From contig CALXVD010000013.1 in assembly GCA_944391865.1 (NCBI GenBank), forward strand, positions 1-32,000: 32,000 nucleotides of DNA, in the 5' to 3' direction. Both the position numbers and the translations under genes were made by a program. Source of the DNA: an uncultured Clostridia bacterium (lineage in GTDB: Bacteria > Bacillota > Clostridia > TANB77 > CAG-508). Under the pieces are notes generated by a model, which saw nothing but the letters and a program-made list of their open reading frames with translations, searched no databases and was not told where the DNA came from. Of this stretch, positions 1 to 9,482 are shown in pieces (position 1 is the stretch's first letter; each line of letters opens with the position of its first letter).

Positions 1-14
1 ATACCAATATTTTC

Positions 15-36
15 GGGTCGCCGAGGGCGGCGACCC
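15..36. repeat. GC-rich perfect hairpin (GGGTCGCC / GGCGACCC) in an AT-rich spacer
   Basis: The 8-bp G/C stem 15-22 / 29-36 with a 6-nt loop was read directly. Its composition is a strong outlier against the flanks. It may be a terminator or REP-like element belonging to a gene cut off by the window edge. Confidence 0.5.
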
Positions 37-93
37 CTACAATATTTGCAATTAATTTAATCACACAAATTACAATTAAAAAGGAGGTTTAAT

Positions 94-826
94 ATGGGTA
101 GTGAAATTGCAATTGAAAATAATTTAAATTTAGAAAATAGTAATTCACAAGAGATTACATATGATGATCAGAAGTCTTTTTTAGAAACAAATTTAGGAAA
201 AATAATTAATGGTGGAATAGATTTAGGATTAAGAGCAATTTTACCAGATTTTTTAGAAGATTCTGTAATAGAAATAAAAGATAGCATTTTAACAGATGGA
301 TTTAAAGAAGGCATAAAAACAGCAATAGATAATGTTGTGGATTTTGGAAAAAGTGTTTTAGGTATTTTTACAGGGAAATTTGAAAATGTTTCTCAAGTAA
401 GAGAAGTTGTAAAAAAAGGAGGCTTAATTGATACTGTGTCTGATGTATTAGACTGGGGAATAGATAAAGCAAGAGAAAAGGATTTGATAAATAATACAAC
501 GGCAAATATTATTGAAAAACGGAAAAGATACTATATTAAATACAGTAAATAACAATATAGAAAATAATTTATTATCTCAAATGGAGTCAGTGGAAAAAAT
601 AGATAAATATATATCAAATTGGAACGGATATTATGAAAATCAAGATTTTGATAGTATGGAAAAAGAATATGCAAAAATGGAAAAAGAATTAGAAAAAGTT
701 GTTCCGTTAGAAAATGTAATTAAAAAAGCAAGACAAGTAGAAAACATACATAATTTAATAAAAAACAATGGGAATAATTTTAATCTTTCAAAAGAAGAAT
801 TATCTCTTGCAAATAAATTAGTTTAA
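94..826 (+). CDS. Hypothetical protein, about 243 aa when ORFs 94-552 and 512-826 are joined by skipping C520
   Basis: RBS aaaggagg lies 8 nt upstream of ATG 94. The two ORFs overlap, and the protein continues as ...NIIEK|GKDTILNTVNNNIENN if the C of the in-frame CGG at 520-522 is skipped. I recognise no family. Confidence 0.6.
520..523 (+). other. In-frame CGG frame-break site 1 (gaa aaa C gga aaa)
   Basis: C520 is at codon position 1 of the 94 frame. The downstream ORF frame reads GGA (Gly) starting at 521. Confidence 0.7.
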
Positions 827-873
827 TATTGCCAAAAATGTGTATTTCCGTATGTTTTTTTTGTGCTTTTTTC

Positions 874-902
874 TTGCATATTAAATTTTGTTAATATATA
901 AT
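874..902 (+). promoter_or_regulatory. Sigma-A-type promoter upstream of gyrA
   Basis: TTGCAT (874-879), a 17-nt spacer, then TATAAT (897-902). Confidence 0.5.
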
Positions 903-941
903 ATGTAAGGATGAAAAATATATGAAAAGAGGTTTAAAATA

Positions 942-3374
942 ATGGACAAGGCAGAAGAAAACATTATACGTAGAGATATCGAAAACGAAATGAGAACAGC
1001 ATATATTGACTATGCAATGAGTGTTATTGTAGCTCGTGCTCTTCCAGATGTTAGAGATGGTATGAAACCAGTACATAGAAGAATTTTATATACAATGTAT
1101 GAAGATGGATTTACTCCAGATAAGCCATATAGAAAATGTGCTACAACTGTTGGAGATGTTTTAGGTAGATATCATCCACATGGAGATTCATCTGTATATG
1201 ACGCATTAGTTAGAATGGCACAAGATTTTTCTTTAAGATATATGATGGTAGATGGGCATGGAAACTTTGGATCTGTTGATGGTGATCCTCCAGCAGCATA
1301 TCGTTACACAGAGGCAAGAATGTCTAAAATAGCAGTAAACATGCTTACAGACATAGAAAAAAATACTGTTGATTTTATGCCAAACTTTGATGATAGATTG
1401 CAAGAACCAACGGTATTACCAGCTAAAATACCAGCACTTCTTGTTAATGGGTCATCTGGTATAGCAGTAGGGATGGCGACAAATATTCCACCACACAATT
1501 TAACAGAAGTAATTAATGGTATTATAAAAATTATAGAAGAAGACGAAGTAACAGACGAAGATTTAATGAAAATAATAAAAGGACCAGATTTTCCAACAGG
1601 CGCACAAATACTTGGAAGAGAAGGCATAAAACAAGCATATACAAAAGGCAGAGGAAAAATAACTTTACGTGCAGAAGCAGAAATTGAAGAAATGAGCGGA
1701 AATAAACAAAGAATAATCGTTTCTTCACTTCCATATCAAGTAAACAAAGCTAAATTAATTGAACATATAGCAGATTTAGTAAAAGAAAAAAGATTAGAAG
1801 GAATTTCTGCAATAAGAGATGAATCTGATAGAAAAGATAAAGTAAGAATTGTTATAGAATTAAAAAGAGATGCAAATGCACAAGTAGTTCTAAATCAACT
1901 ATATAAAAATACTCAAATGCAAGATACTTTTGGAATAATAATGCTAGCATTGGTGAATGGAGTGCCTAAAATATTAACATTAAGAGAATGCTTAGATTGC
2001 TATATAGAACACAGAAAAGATGTTGTTTTAAGAAGGACAAAATTTGATTTAGATAAAGCAGAAGCAAGAGCTCATATATTAGAAGGTTTAAAAATTGCTT
2101 TAGATAATATAGACGAAGTAATAGCAATAATTAGAGCTGCATATGATGATGCAAAAGAAAGATTAATGGCTAGATTTGGACTTTCTGAAATACAAGCTCA
2201 AGCAATTTTGGATATGAGATTAAAGACATTATCTGGTTTACAAAGAGAAAAAATAGAAGAAGAATATAACGAATTAATGAAATTAATTGCATATTTAAAA
2301 GAAGTATTATCAAGCGAAACTCTAGTATATAATATTATAAAAGATGAACTAATAGAAATTAGAGATAAATTTGGAGACGAAAGACTAACAAAAATAGTTT
2401 CAGCAGAGGGCGAAATAGATGTTGAAGATTTAATTAAAGAAGAACAAACAGTAATTGCTTTGACTAATTTTGGATATATAAAAAGAATGCCAATAGATAC
2501 ATATAGAAGCCAAAAAAGAGGCGGAAAAGGAATAATGGGTATGGCAACACGTGAGGATGATTTTGTAAAACAAATATTTACAGCTTCTACACATGATACA
2601 ATATTATTCTTTAGTAATAAAGGAAAACTATATAAACTAAGAGGATACGAAATTCCAGAGGCAGGAAGAACTGCTAGAGGAACAGCAATAGTAAATCTAC
2701 TTAGCTTAGATGCAGGAGAAAAAATATCTGCAATTATTCCAATTCAAAATTTTGCAGAAGGTAAATACTTATTATTTGCAACTAGAGATGGATTAATAAA
2801 GAAAACAGCTCTTAGCGAATATAATTCTGCAAGAAAAACAGGACTTCTTTCTATAACATTAAAAGGTGATGACGAATTAATTGATGTTAGATTAACCGAT
2901 GGGCAAGATAACATTGTTTTAGTTACAAAAGAAGGAATGTCAATTACATTTGATGAAAAAGATGTAAGACCAATGGGTAGAGTATCACAAGGTGTAATAG
3001 GAATAAGGCTTGGAAAAGATGACCAAGTAATTGGAATGGAATCAATAATTGCTGGAAGTAATGCAACACTTCTTGCTATAACAGAAAATGGCTTTGGTAA
3101 AAGAACAGAGCTTGATGAATATAGAGTACAAACAAGAGGAGGAAAAGGAGTAATTACATATAAGGTAACTCCAAAAACAGGTCAAATAGTAGGAATTAGA
3201 ATAGTAGAAGATACAGATGATGTAATGCTAGTTACAGATACAGGAACAATTATTAGAATAAATGTATCAGAAATAAGCATACTAGGAAGATCAACACAAG
3301 GGGTTACTCTAATGAGAACTAATGAAGGAAAAGTTGTAAGTATAGAGAAAATTACGGAAAATGAAGAAGAATAA
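942..3374 (+). CDS. gyrA: DNA gyrase subunit A
   Basis: 810 aa. It has the QRDR-like [17 protein letters not shown], the active-site [10 protein letters not shown], and C-terminal beta-pinwheel repeats. RBS agagg precedes the ATG. Confidence 0.97.
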   Translation: MDKAEENIIRRDIENEMRTAYIDYAMSVIVARALPDVRDGMKPVHRRILYTMYEDGFTPDKPYRKCATTVGDVLGRYHPHGDSSVYDALVRMAQDFSLRYMMVDGHGNFGSVDGDPPAAYRYTEARMSKIAVNMLTDIEKNTVDFMPNFDDRLQEPTVLPAKIPALLVNGSSGIAVGMATNIPPHNLTEVINGIIKIIEEDEVTDEDLMKIIKGPDFPTGAQILGREGIKQAYTKGRGKITLRAEAEIEEMSGNKQRIIVSSLPYQVNKAKLIEHIADLVKEKRLEGISAIRDESDRKDKVRIVIELKRDANAQVVLNQLYKNTQMQDTFGIIMLALVNGVPKILTLRECLDCYIEHRKDVVLRRTKFDLDKAEARAHILEGLKIALDNIDEVIAIIRAAYDDAKERLMARFGLSEIQAQAILDMRLKTLSGLQREKIEEEYNELMKLIAYLKEVLSSETLVYNIIKDELIEIRDKFGDERLTKIVSAEGEIDVEDLIKEEQTVIALTNFGYIKRMPIDTYRSQKRGGKGIMGMATREDDFVKQIFTASTHDTILFFSNKGKLYKLRGYEIPEAGRTARGTAIVNLLSLDAGEKISAIIPIQNFAEGKYLLFATRDGLIKKTALSEYNSARKTGLLSITLKGDDELIDVRLTDGQDNIVLVTKEGMSITFDEKDVRPMGRVSQGVIGIRLGKDDQVIGMESIIAGSNATLLAITENGFGKRTELDEYRVQTRGGKGVITYKVTPKTGQIVGIRIVEDTDDVMLVTDTGTIIRINVSEISILGRSTQGVTLMRTNEGKVVSIEKITENEEE

Positions 3375-3390
3375 ATCTTACTTAAAATAC

Positions 3391-3419
3391 TTGATTTAAC
3401 AAAAAAAATATGTTAATAT
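3391..3419 (+). promoter_or_regulatory. Promoter for the ileS T-box leader
   Basis: TTGATT (3391-3396), a 17-nt spacer, then TGtTAATAT as an extended -10 (3411-3419). Confidence 0.5.
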
Positions 3420-3434
3420 CTTATACATATATAA

Positions 3435-3668
3435 AACTATGATGAGGACAAGATAGGTAATATAAAACTAACAGAGAGCTAGATTTATGCTGAGATTCTA
3501 GTAAGATAATAAATTACTTATTATCACCTTTGAGTTGCTTAAACGAAACAGCAGTAATTTAAGTCGTAAATCTGCGTTAAAGATAAATAAGATGTATAAA
3601 TTATAAAATTTATATAAATTAGGTGGTACCACGGTGAAAATCGTCCTATTTATAGGGCGATTTTTTTG
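3435..3668 (+). promoter_or_regulatory. T-box riboswitch leader, Ile-specific, with intrinsic terminator
   Basis: The AGAGA box is at about 3473. The distal GCTGAGA motif is present. The candidate specifier ATC followed by A sits at 3523-3526. The conserved T-box sequence AATTAGGTGGTACCACGG is at 3617-3634. The terminator hairpin ATCGTCCTAT/ATAGGGCGAT plus a T7 run spans 3639-3668. Confidence 0.88.
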
Positions 3669-3777
3669 TAGGATTATGAATGCACATAAAAATAGTGAAT
3701 GATAGATAATTGTAAGAAGGGCGGCAATCTGCCGTTTGATCAACATAGGTATTACCAAATAAAGAAAGGGGTTTTTT

Positions 3778-6700
3778 ATGAAAAAGGTAGAACCAAATTT
3801 TAATTTTATTGAAATGGAACATAGGATAATGGACTTTTGGGAAAAGGAAAAGTGTTTTGAAAAATTATTAGAAAAAAACAAGAATGGTAAAAAATTTAAA
3901 TTCTTAGATGGCCCAATAACTGCTAATAATCCAATGGGAATACATCATGCTTGGGGAAGAACTTTAAAGGATGTTTATTTAAGATATAAAGGAATGAATG
4001 GATATACATCACATTATAGAAATGGGTTCGATGGTCAAGGGCTCTGGATAGAAGTTGAAGTTGAAAAAGAATTAGGATTTAAAGATAAGAAAGATATAGA
4101 AAATTATGGATTAGACAAATTTACAAGAAAATGCATGGACAGGGTACAACATTTTTCTAAAACTATTACAGAACAATCAAAAAGATTAGGTCAATGGATG
4201 GATTGGGATAATTCATATTATACAAATACAGAAGAAAATATTACATCAATATGGCATTTTTTAAAGAAATGTGACGAGAAGGGAATGATTAAACAATCAT
4301 TTAGACCGATGCCTTGGTGTCCAAGATGTGGGACATCACTATCTGAACATGAGATGGCAGGATCTTATAAACAAATGGTTCACAAAGCAGTTTTCTTTAA
4401 ATTACCAATTGTTGGAACAGATAGTAAAATAGTTGTATGGACAACAACACCATGGACTCTATCTTCTAATGTCGCGCTAGCAGTAAATCCAGAAATAGAT
4501 TATGTTAAGGTTAAAGTAAAATCTGATAATAAATTTTTAATTATGGGAGTAAACGGATTAAAAATTTTAGGTGATGACAAGATAGAAGTAGTTGAAAGCT
4601 TTAAAGGAGATAAATTAGTTGGATTAGAATATGAAACATGTTTCCCAGAAATGGAAAAGCAAAAAGAAATAAATCATAGAATTGTTGCATGGGAAGAGGT
4701 ATCTTCAGAAGATGGAACAGGAGTTGTTCATATTGCTCCTGGATGTGGTGCAGAAGACTATGAATTAGGAAAAAGAGAAGGATTAGATGTTGTAATACCT
4801 GTTGATGACAATGGAGTGATTGTTGAAGGTTTTGGATTTATGACAGGATATAATACAAAAGAAGTAGCAGACCATGTTTTTGAAGAATTGAAAAAAAGAG
4901 ATAAACTATATATGATTGAGGAACATGAACATAGTTATCCAGTATGTTGGAGATGTAAAACAGATGTTATATTTAAAGCCGTTCCAGAATGGTATATAGA
5001 CAGTGATAAAATAAGACCAGAACTTATAGAAGCAGCAAGAAAAGTTAAGTGGACGCCAGAATTTGCAGGAAAAAGAATGGAAGATTGGCTAAATAATATG
5101 GGAAATTGGGCAATATCTAGGAAAAGATTCTATGGACTACCACTTCCAATATATGCTTGCGAAGAATGCAACCATGTAACTGTAGTTGGATCAAGAGAAG
5201 AGTTGAAAGAAAGAGCAGTAGATCCAAGTGCAGTAGATAATTTACCAGATTTACATAGACCATGGATTGATGAAATAGAAATAATATGCCCAAAATGTGG
5301 AAAACATGTTAAAAGAATAAAAGATGTCGGAGACTGTTGGTTAGATGCGGGAATTATGCCATTTTCTACAATGAAGTATTTTACAGATAAAGAATACTGG
5401 AAAGAATATTTCCCTGCAGAATGGGTAACAGAAATGAAAGAGCAAATAAGATTATGGTTTTACTCACTACTATTTATGTCTGTTGTATTAGAGGGAAAAG
5501 CTCCTTATGAATCTGTTTTAACATATAGCGCAGTTGTAAAAGAAGATGGAGGTAAATTTTCTAAATCTGGATATATGATTAAATTTGATGAAGCGGCAGA
5601 AAAAATAGGAGCAGATCCAATAAGATATTTATATGCAGGAGCACCTGTTAATAATGATGTTAGATTTGGATTTAATTTGGGTGACGAATCAAGAAGAAAA
5701 TTACTTAATTTCTGGAATATATATGTATTTTTTAATACTTATGCAATTCTAGATATGCCAAATTTAAAAGATTATAAATTAGATGTGTCAAAACTACAAA
5801 AATCAGATAAATGGTTATTAGCAAGAATAAATAACTTCTTAAGATATGCAAAAAATGCTATGGACAATTATCAGGCACAAAATGTAGTTAAAGAATTTGA
5901 AATTTTAGTTGATGATATATCAAATTTTTATGTAAGAGTAAATAGAAAAAGATTCTGGAAAATAGGAGAAGATAGCGATAAATTACAAGTCTATTATTTA
6001 TTATATAATGCGATAAAGAATATGACGAAAGTTATGGCTCCAATAATACCATTTATGACAGAAGAAATATGGCAAAACATGGTAAGAAGTTTTGAACCAA
6101 ACGAAGCCATATCAGTTCATTTGGCAGATTATCCTGAAGCTAACGAAAAATACGATAATGAAGAGATTTTAAACGAGGTAGAAGAGATAAGAAAAATCAT
6201 AGCACTTGGATTAATGCTTAGAAATGAGAAACAATTAAAAGTAAGACAGCCATTAGAAACTATGTATGTTTCATCAGAAAAAGATATAGAAAAAGATTTA
6301 AAAGATTTTGATAATATAATAAAAGAAGAATTGAATATAAAAAATATAAAATTTATAAATGATGAAAAAATACTGAATGACGAATATTTAATGGTTAATT
6401 TTAAGGTTGCGGGAAGACTTCTAAAAGAAAAAGTGCAAAATTTTAAAAGTAAAATAGAAAGTTTAAGCGAAGAAGAAATGAAAAAATTAGTTTCAGAATA
6501 TAATGATGAAAAAATTCATGAAATAGAAATAGAGGGATTTGGAAGCCTAGAAAAAGACGTATTCTTAAAAAGTATGAAGCCAAAATCTCATATAGTTGTT
6601 ATAAATGATAGTGGATATACAGTTGCACTAGATACTACATTAAATGAAGATTTAATAGTTGAAGGTATGTATAGAGATTTAGTAAGAAGCTTACAAGTAT

Positions 6701-6921
6701 TAAGAAAAGAAGCGGGATTAAAAGTAGAACAAAGAATTAATTTAAGCTTAATTACTGAAGGAAACTTAATGAGAAAAGTTTTAGATAATTATATAGATAA
6801 AATAGTTGCTGATACGTTAACTGATAAGTTTGAAACAAATAAAATTGAAAATTCAATTATAGAGAAAGAACTAGAAATAAATAATGAAAAAATATTAGTG
6901 CAAATTGCAGAAAAGATGTAA
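3778..6921 (+). CDS. ileS: Isoleucine--tRNA ligase (long form, 1047 aa)
   Basis: It has the HIGH-class motif PMGIHHAWGRT, the KMSKS-class motif KFSKSG, and the editing-domain TTTPWTL. It lies downstream of an Ile T-box. Confidence 0.96.
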   Translation: MKKVEPNFNFIEMEHRIMDFWEKEKCFEKLLEKNKNGKKFKFLDGPITANNPMGIHHAWGRTLKDVYLRYKGMNGYTSHYRNGFDGQGLWIEVEVEKELGFKDKKDIENYGLDKFTRKCMDRVQHFSKTITEQSKRLGQWMDWDNSYYTNTEENITSIWHFLKKCDEKGMIKQSFRPMPWCPRCGTSLSEHEMAGSYKQMVHKAVFFKLPIVGTDSKIVVWTTTPWTLSSNVALAVNPEIDYVKVKVKSDNKFLIMGVNGLKILGDDKIEVVESFKGDKLVGLEYETCFPEMEKQKEINHRIVAWEEVSSEDGTGVVHIAPGCGAEDYELGKREGLDVVIPVDDNGVIVEGFGFMTGYNTKEVADHVFEELKKRDKLYMIEEHEHSYPVCWRCKTDVIFKAVPEWYIDSDKIRPELIEAARKVKWTPEFAGKRMEDWLNNMGNWAISRKRFYGLPLPIYACEECNHVTVVGSREELKERAVDPSAVDNLPDLHRPWIDEIEIICPKCGKHVKRIKDVGDCWLDAGIMPFSTMKYFTDKEYWKEYFPAEWVTEMKEQIRLWFYSLLFMSVVLEGKAPYESVLTYSAVVKEDGGKFSKSGYMIKFDEAAEKIGADPIRYLYAGAPVNNDVRFGFNLGDESRRKLLNFWNIYVFFNTYAILDMPNLKDYKLDVSKLQKSDKWLLARINNFLRYAKNAMDNYQAQNVVKEFEILVDDISNFYVRVNRKRFWKIGEDSDKLQVYYLLYNAIKNMTKVMAPIIPFMTEEIWQNMVRSFEPNEAISVHLADYPEANEKYDNEEILNEVEEIRKIIALGLMLRNEKQLKVRQPLETMYVSSEKDIEKDLKDFDNIIKEELNIKNIKFINDEKILNDEYLMVNFKVAGRLLKEKVQNFKSKIESLSEEEMKKLVSEYNDEKIHEIEIEGFGSLEKDVFLKSMKPKSHIVVINDSGYTVALDTTLNEDLIVEGMYRDLVRSLQVLRKEAGLKVEQRINLSLITEGNLMRKVLDNYIDKIVADTLTDKFETNKIENSIIEKELEINNEKILVQIAEKM

Positions 6922-6933
6922 TAATTAAATTAA

Positions 6934-6968
6934 AAGAAGAGGATTTCCTATGTAGAAATCCTCTTTTA
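6934..6968. terminator. Bidirectional intrinsic terminator between ileS and dnaI
   Basis: Stem GAAGAGGATTT / AAATCCTCTTT (6936-6946 / 6956-6966), with A-rich sequence upstream and T-rich sequence downstream. Confidence 0.75.
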
Positions 6969-6988
6969 TATAAAAATAAAATATTATA

Positions 6989-7978
6989 TTATTTCTTTAA
7001 TCGAATATCTTCACCGTAAAATCTATATATATCATAGTACCCAATAAATCTTGAAGCCAAACGCTCGTCGTAAGTTTGAAATAGTCCTTTTAAATCTAAA
7101 TTAGTAGAAATAATAGTTTTAATTTTTGCATTTAATAGTCTAGTATTTATTATTTTATAAAGCTCTGTAAATTTCATACTATTCATTGTTTCTGTACCTA
7201 AATCATCGATTACTAATAAATCAGCAGATAACAAATTTTTAGAAATGCCTGTTTGGTTTTCTGGTTTTGCAAATAGATCTGAAATTAAATTATCAAGCAT
7301 TACAGGAGCTGTTTGGTACATAATAGTTTTGTCTTTTTTTAGCAATTCATTTACAATGCAATTTGAAAGAAAAGTTTTTCCAAGACCAGTTCCTCCAGAA
7401 AAAATTAAATTCTTGGTTTCAGAATTTTCAAAATTTAAAATGAAATTTTGAGCAGCATTTTTTATATCTATAATATTTTCTCTTGGAGAAATAGGTGAAT
7501 TATATCTTTTCTCGTCAACTTTATCGGAAAACAAATTAATATTAAAATTTTCAAAATTTTGATTTTCTATATTATTTATATTTTTTTTGTTATATTCTAA
7601 ATTATATATTTTTTGCTTTAAACAATTGCACATTACAGATTTTCCGTTTTCAAAAATATAACCTGTATCCTTGCAAATTTCACAATCGTATTTAGGAAGT
7701 AAATAATTTTCTGGAATATTAAGTGATTTTAATATTCTATTTTTTTCTTTTTTTAAACTATTTATTTGTTCTTTTAGATTTGCTAATGTGTTTTCTGAAT
7801 TATTTTTTAAAATACTTTTAGCAGCATTTATAGAAATAGAGTTTAATTTATCATCTATTTCTTGTAATTTTGGATTTGATAAATACAAATCTTTTTTGCG
7901 ATTTTCTGCATCTCGTATATTATTTAATCTTTTTTGTTCATATTCTTTTAATAAATCTTTTAATATAGAATTGTTCAT
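6989..7978 (-). CDS. dnaI: Helicase loader DnaI / DnaC-like AAA+ ATPase
   Basis: It has Walker A GGTGLGKTF and Walker B LLVIDDLGTE. The N-terminal Cys cluster CEICKDTGY...CNC is typical of the DnaI zinc domain. It lies downstream of a DnaD-domain gene. Confidence 0.85.
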   Translation of the reverse strand: MNNSILKDLLKEYEQKRLNNIRDAENRKKDLYLSNPKLQEIDDKLNSISINAAKSILKNNSENTLANLKEQINSLKKEKNRILKSLNIPENYLLPKYDCEICKDTGYIFENGKSVMCNCLKQKIYNLEYNKKNINNIENQNFENFNINLFSDKVDEKRYNSPISPRENIIDIKNAAQNFILNFENSETKNLIFSGGTGLGKTFLSNCIVNELLKKDKTIMYQTAPVMLDNLISDLFAKPENQTGISKNLLSADLLVIDDLGTETMNSMKFTELYKIINTRLLNAKIKTIISTNLDLKGLFQTYDERLASRFIGYYDIYRFYGEDIRLKK

Positions 7979-8022
7979 TTTATACCTTCTTTTATTTATA
8001 TAAATTGCAATTTAAAAAATTA

Positions 8023-8120
8023 GAAGTGAGAAGTGGGATGTGGGAAGTGTGAAAATAGGGTAAGCCTTACGTAGCCTAGCCCTAAGAAGCACACCTCACA
8101 CTTCGCACCTCGCACATCAC
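8023..8120. repeat. GC-rich composite palindromic element with inverted heptamer arrays
   Basis: The left arm has 4 tandem heptamers: AAGTGAG AAGTGGG ATGTGGG AAGTGTG (8024-8051). The right arm has 4 inverted heptamers: CACACCT CACACTT CGCACCT CGCACAT (8090-8117). The arms pair at 22 of 29 positions. The central core contains TAGGG/CCCTA and two AGCCT repeats. Confidence 0.7.
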
Positions 8121-8144
8121 AAAAACAAATTACAATTCATTTAA

Positions 8145-9116
8145 TTAATTTACTTTTTTATTTGCATACAGATTATCCAAATCATCATAATTTCTCTGTT
8201 CATAATTATTATAATTTGTTTGTTTTTCTAATTGCTTTATATTTTTCTTCTTTTGTTTTATTTCTGCTAAAAAGTTATTTACGTCTGTTTCTGTTTTTAA
8301 ATTTCTATCATGCCAATCTGATATTAATTTATCAAGATAATCAAAGCTTGGATTTGCCTTAGACGTAGTTTTTTTAAGAGCTATATTAATTACATTTAAA
8401 TCATAATTATATTCTACAACCCATTTTTCAATATATGCTTCTTCAAATTGTGTTAAAGGCGAATATCTTCCTAATTTTTTTGCGATTGATTTTTTTATTT
8501 TATTTAATTTTTCAAATTTTTGATAATAAAGTTCTAAGTCCTCATATGTTTTTATATTGTTTTTACTCCATGCATCTGCTACAGTTTTTACATAATTTTT
8601 ATGAAGAGCGGATTTATTAAAGCAATAATCGAATAAAGAAATCATAACTTGCTCATCAAATTTATATTTTTTAAACCACAAGTCTATATCACTGTACCAT
8701 GTAGGAGACATAACACCCTGAAAATACATATTATTTATGCACTCTATAGCTTTTGCCCTATATTTGCTATCTTTGCTCTTTTTAATATCTTCTACAGAAA
8801 GAGTAAGATTTGGAGAGTAAAGTTTATTTAATTCTATTTCTTGCAAATCATTTAAAATATAACCATTTACCTTTTTTGTAAGAACCCCATGTTCTTCCCA
8901 ATATGCAAGAGATGCTTGTATTATATTTAATGGGATATTTAATCTCTTAGATAAATCATTTAGTTTTATATCCTTATCATATTTACTTAAGAAAAGTATA
9001 CATAAATATACTTTAATAAAATCTCCACTTGCTTCGCTCATATATTCTGTAAAAAAAATGTCTGGAATTTCTGTTTTTGAAAACAACATAGATTTATCTT
9101 TTTTCTCAAGTTTCAT
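8145..9116 (-). CDS. DnaD-domain replication initiation / membrane attachment protein (DnaB_2 type)
   Basis: 323 aa. The C-terminal DnaD-like motif FDYLDKLISDWHDRNLKT is present, the N-terminal region looks like a winged helix, and the gene sits upstream of dnaI as in the Firmicute dnaB-dnaI arrangement. Confidence 0.75.
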   Translation of the reverse strand: MKLEKKDKSMLFSKTEIPDIFFTEYMSEASGDFIKVYLCILFLSKYDKDIKLNDLSKRLNIPLNIIQASLAYWEEHGVLTKKVNGYILNDLQEIELNKLYSPNLTLSVEDIKKSKDSKYRAKAIECINNMYFQGVMSPTWYSDIDLWFKKYKFDEQVMISLFDYCFNKSALHKNYVKTVADAWSKNNIKTYEDLELYYQKFEKLNKIKKSIAKKLGRYSPLTQFEEAYIEKWVVEYNYDLNVINIALKKTTSKANPSFDYLDKLISDWHDRNLKTETDVNNFLAEIKQKKKNIKQLEKQTNYNNYEQRNYDDLDNLYANKKVN

Positions 9117-9186
9117 AATACAACACCTCTATTTTAGTATCACAATTATAACATTTAAAAAAGGCTATTACAACTAAGAAAAAAAA

Positions 9187-9465
9187 TTAATTATATAAAT
9201 AAAGTTTTTTACAAAAAATAAATTTTATTAAATAAAAAAGTACGTAAATAAAGTTTTCATGATTAAAGCCAATAATACTAAATAAAAACAACGGCAAACA
9301 AAAAATAATAAAAGCAGAAATTTTAACGGTAACACTAAATGAAAATATGTCAAGAATGCAGAAAACAAATAAATCCCAAATAATGTTTAATGCTATTGTA
9401 GAATAATCTATAAAACCAAATAATTTATTTTTAAAAGAATAGTTTTGAGGAAAAATAAATTTCAT
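9187..9465 (-). CDS. Small membrane protein, PrgI / VirB3-like (T4SS)
   Basis: 92 aa with two hydrophobic segments. The N-terminal region FPQNYSFKNKLFGFIDYSTI resembles the PrgI-family N-terminus. It is the last gene of the T4SS-like operon. Confidence 0.45.
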   Translation of the reverse strand: MKFIFPQNYSFKNKLFGFIDYSTIALNIIWDLFVFCILDIFSFSVTVKISAFIIFCLPLFLFSIIGFNHENFIYVLFYLIKFIFCKKLYLYN

Positions 9466-9482
9466 TTTACACCTCCATAATA

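Noticed and set aside
891-1734. Antisense ORFs inside gyrA (891-1076, 1304-1627, 1531-1734, all minus strand)
   Set aside because: They lie entirely within, and opposite to, a high-confidence conserved gene. Their Leu/Phe/Ser-rich, low-complexity translations are typical of the antisense frames of AT-rich coding DNA, and they have no RBS.
3498-3881. 127-aa minus-strand ORF spanning the ileS leader
   Set aside because: It overlaps the T-box riboswitch and the start of ileS. The sequence is explained by the RNA element, and there is no RBS or recognisable protein.
8024-8117. Heptamer arrays as a CRISPR array or minisatellite
   Set aside because: The repeats are 7 nt with no spacers and are arranged as two inverted blocks. 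That is not CRISPR architecture (no repeats of 24 nt or more separated by unique spacers, and no cas genes).
7245-8831. Plus-strand ORFs within dnaI and dnaD-like (7245-7451, 7788-8003, 8162-8362, 8435-8620, 8649-8831)
   Set aside because: They are antisense shadows of well-supported minus-strand genes, with hydrophobic low-complexity translations.
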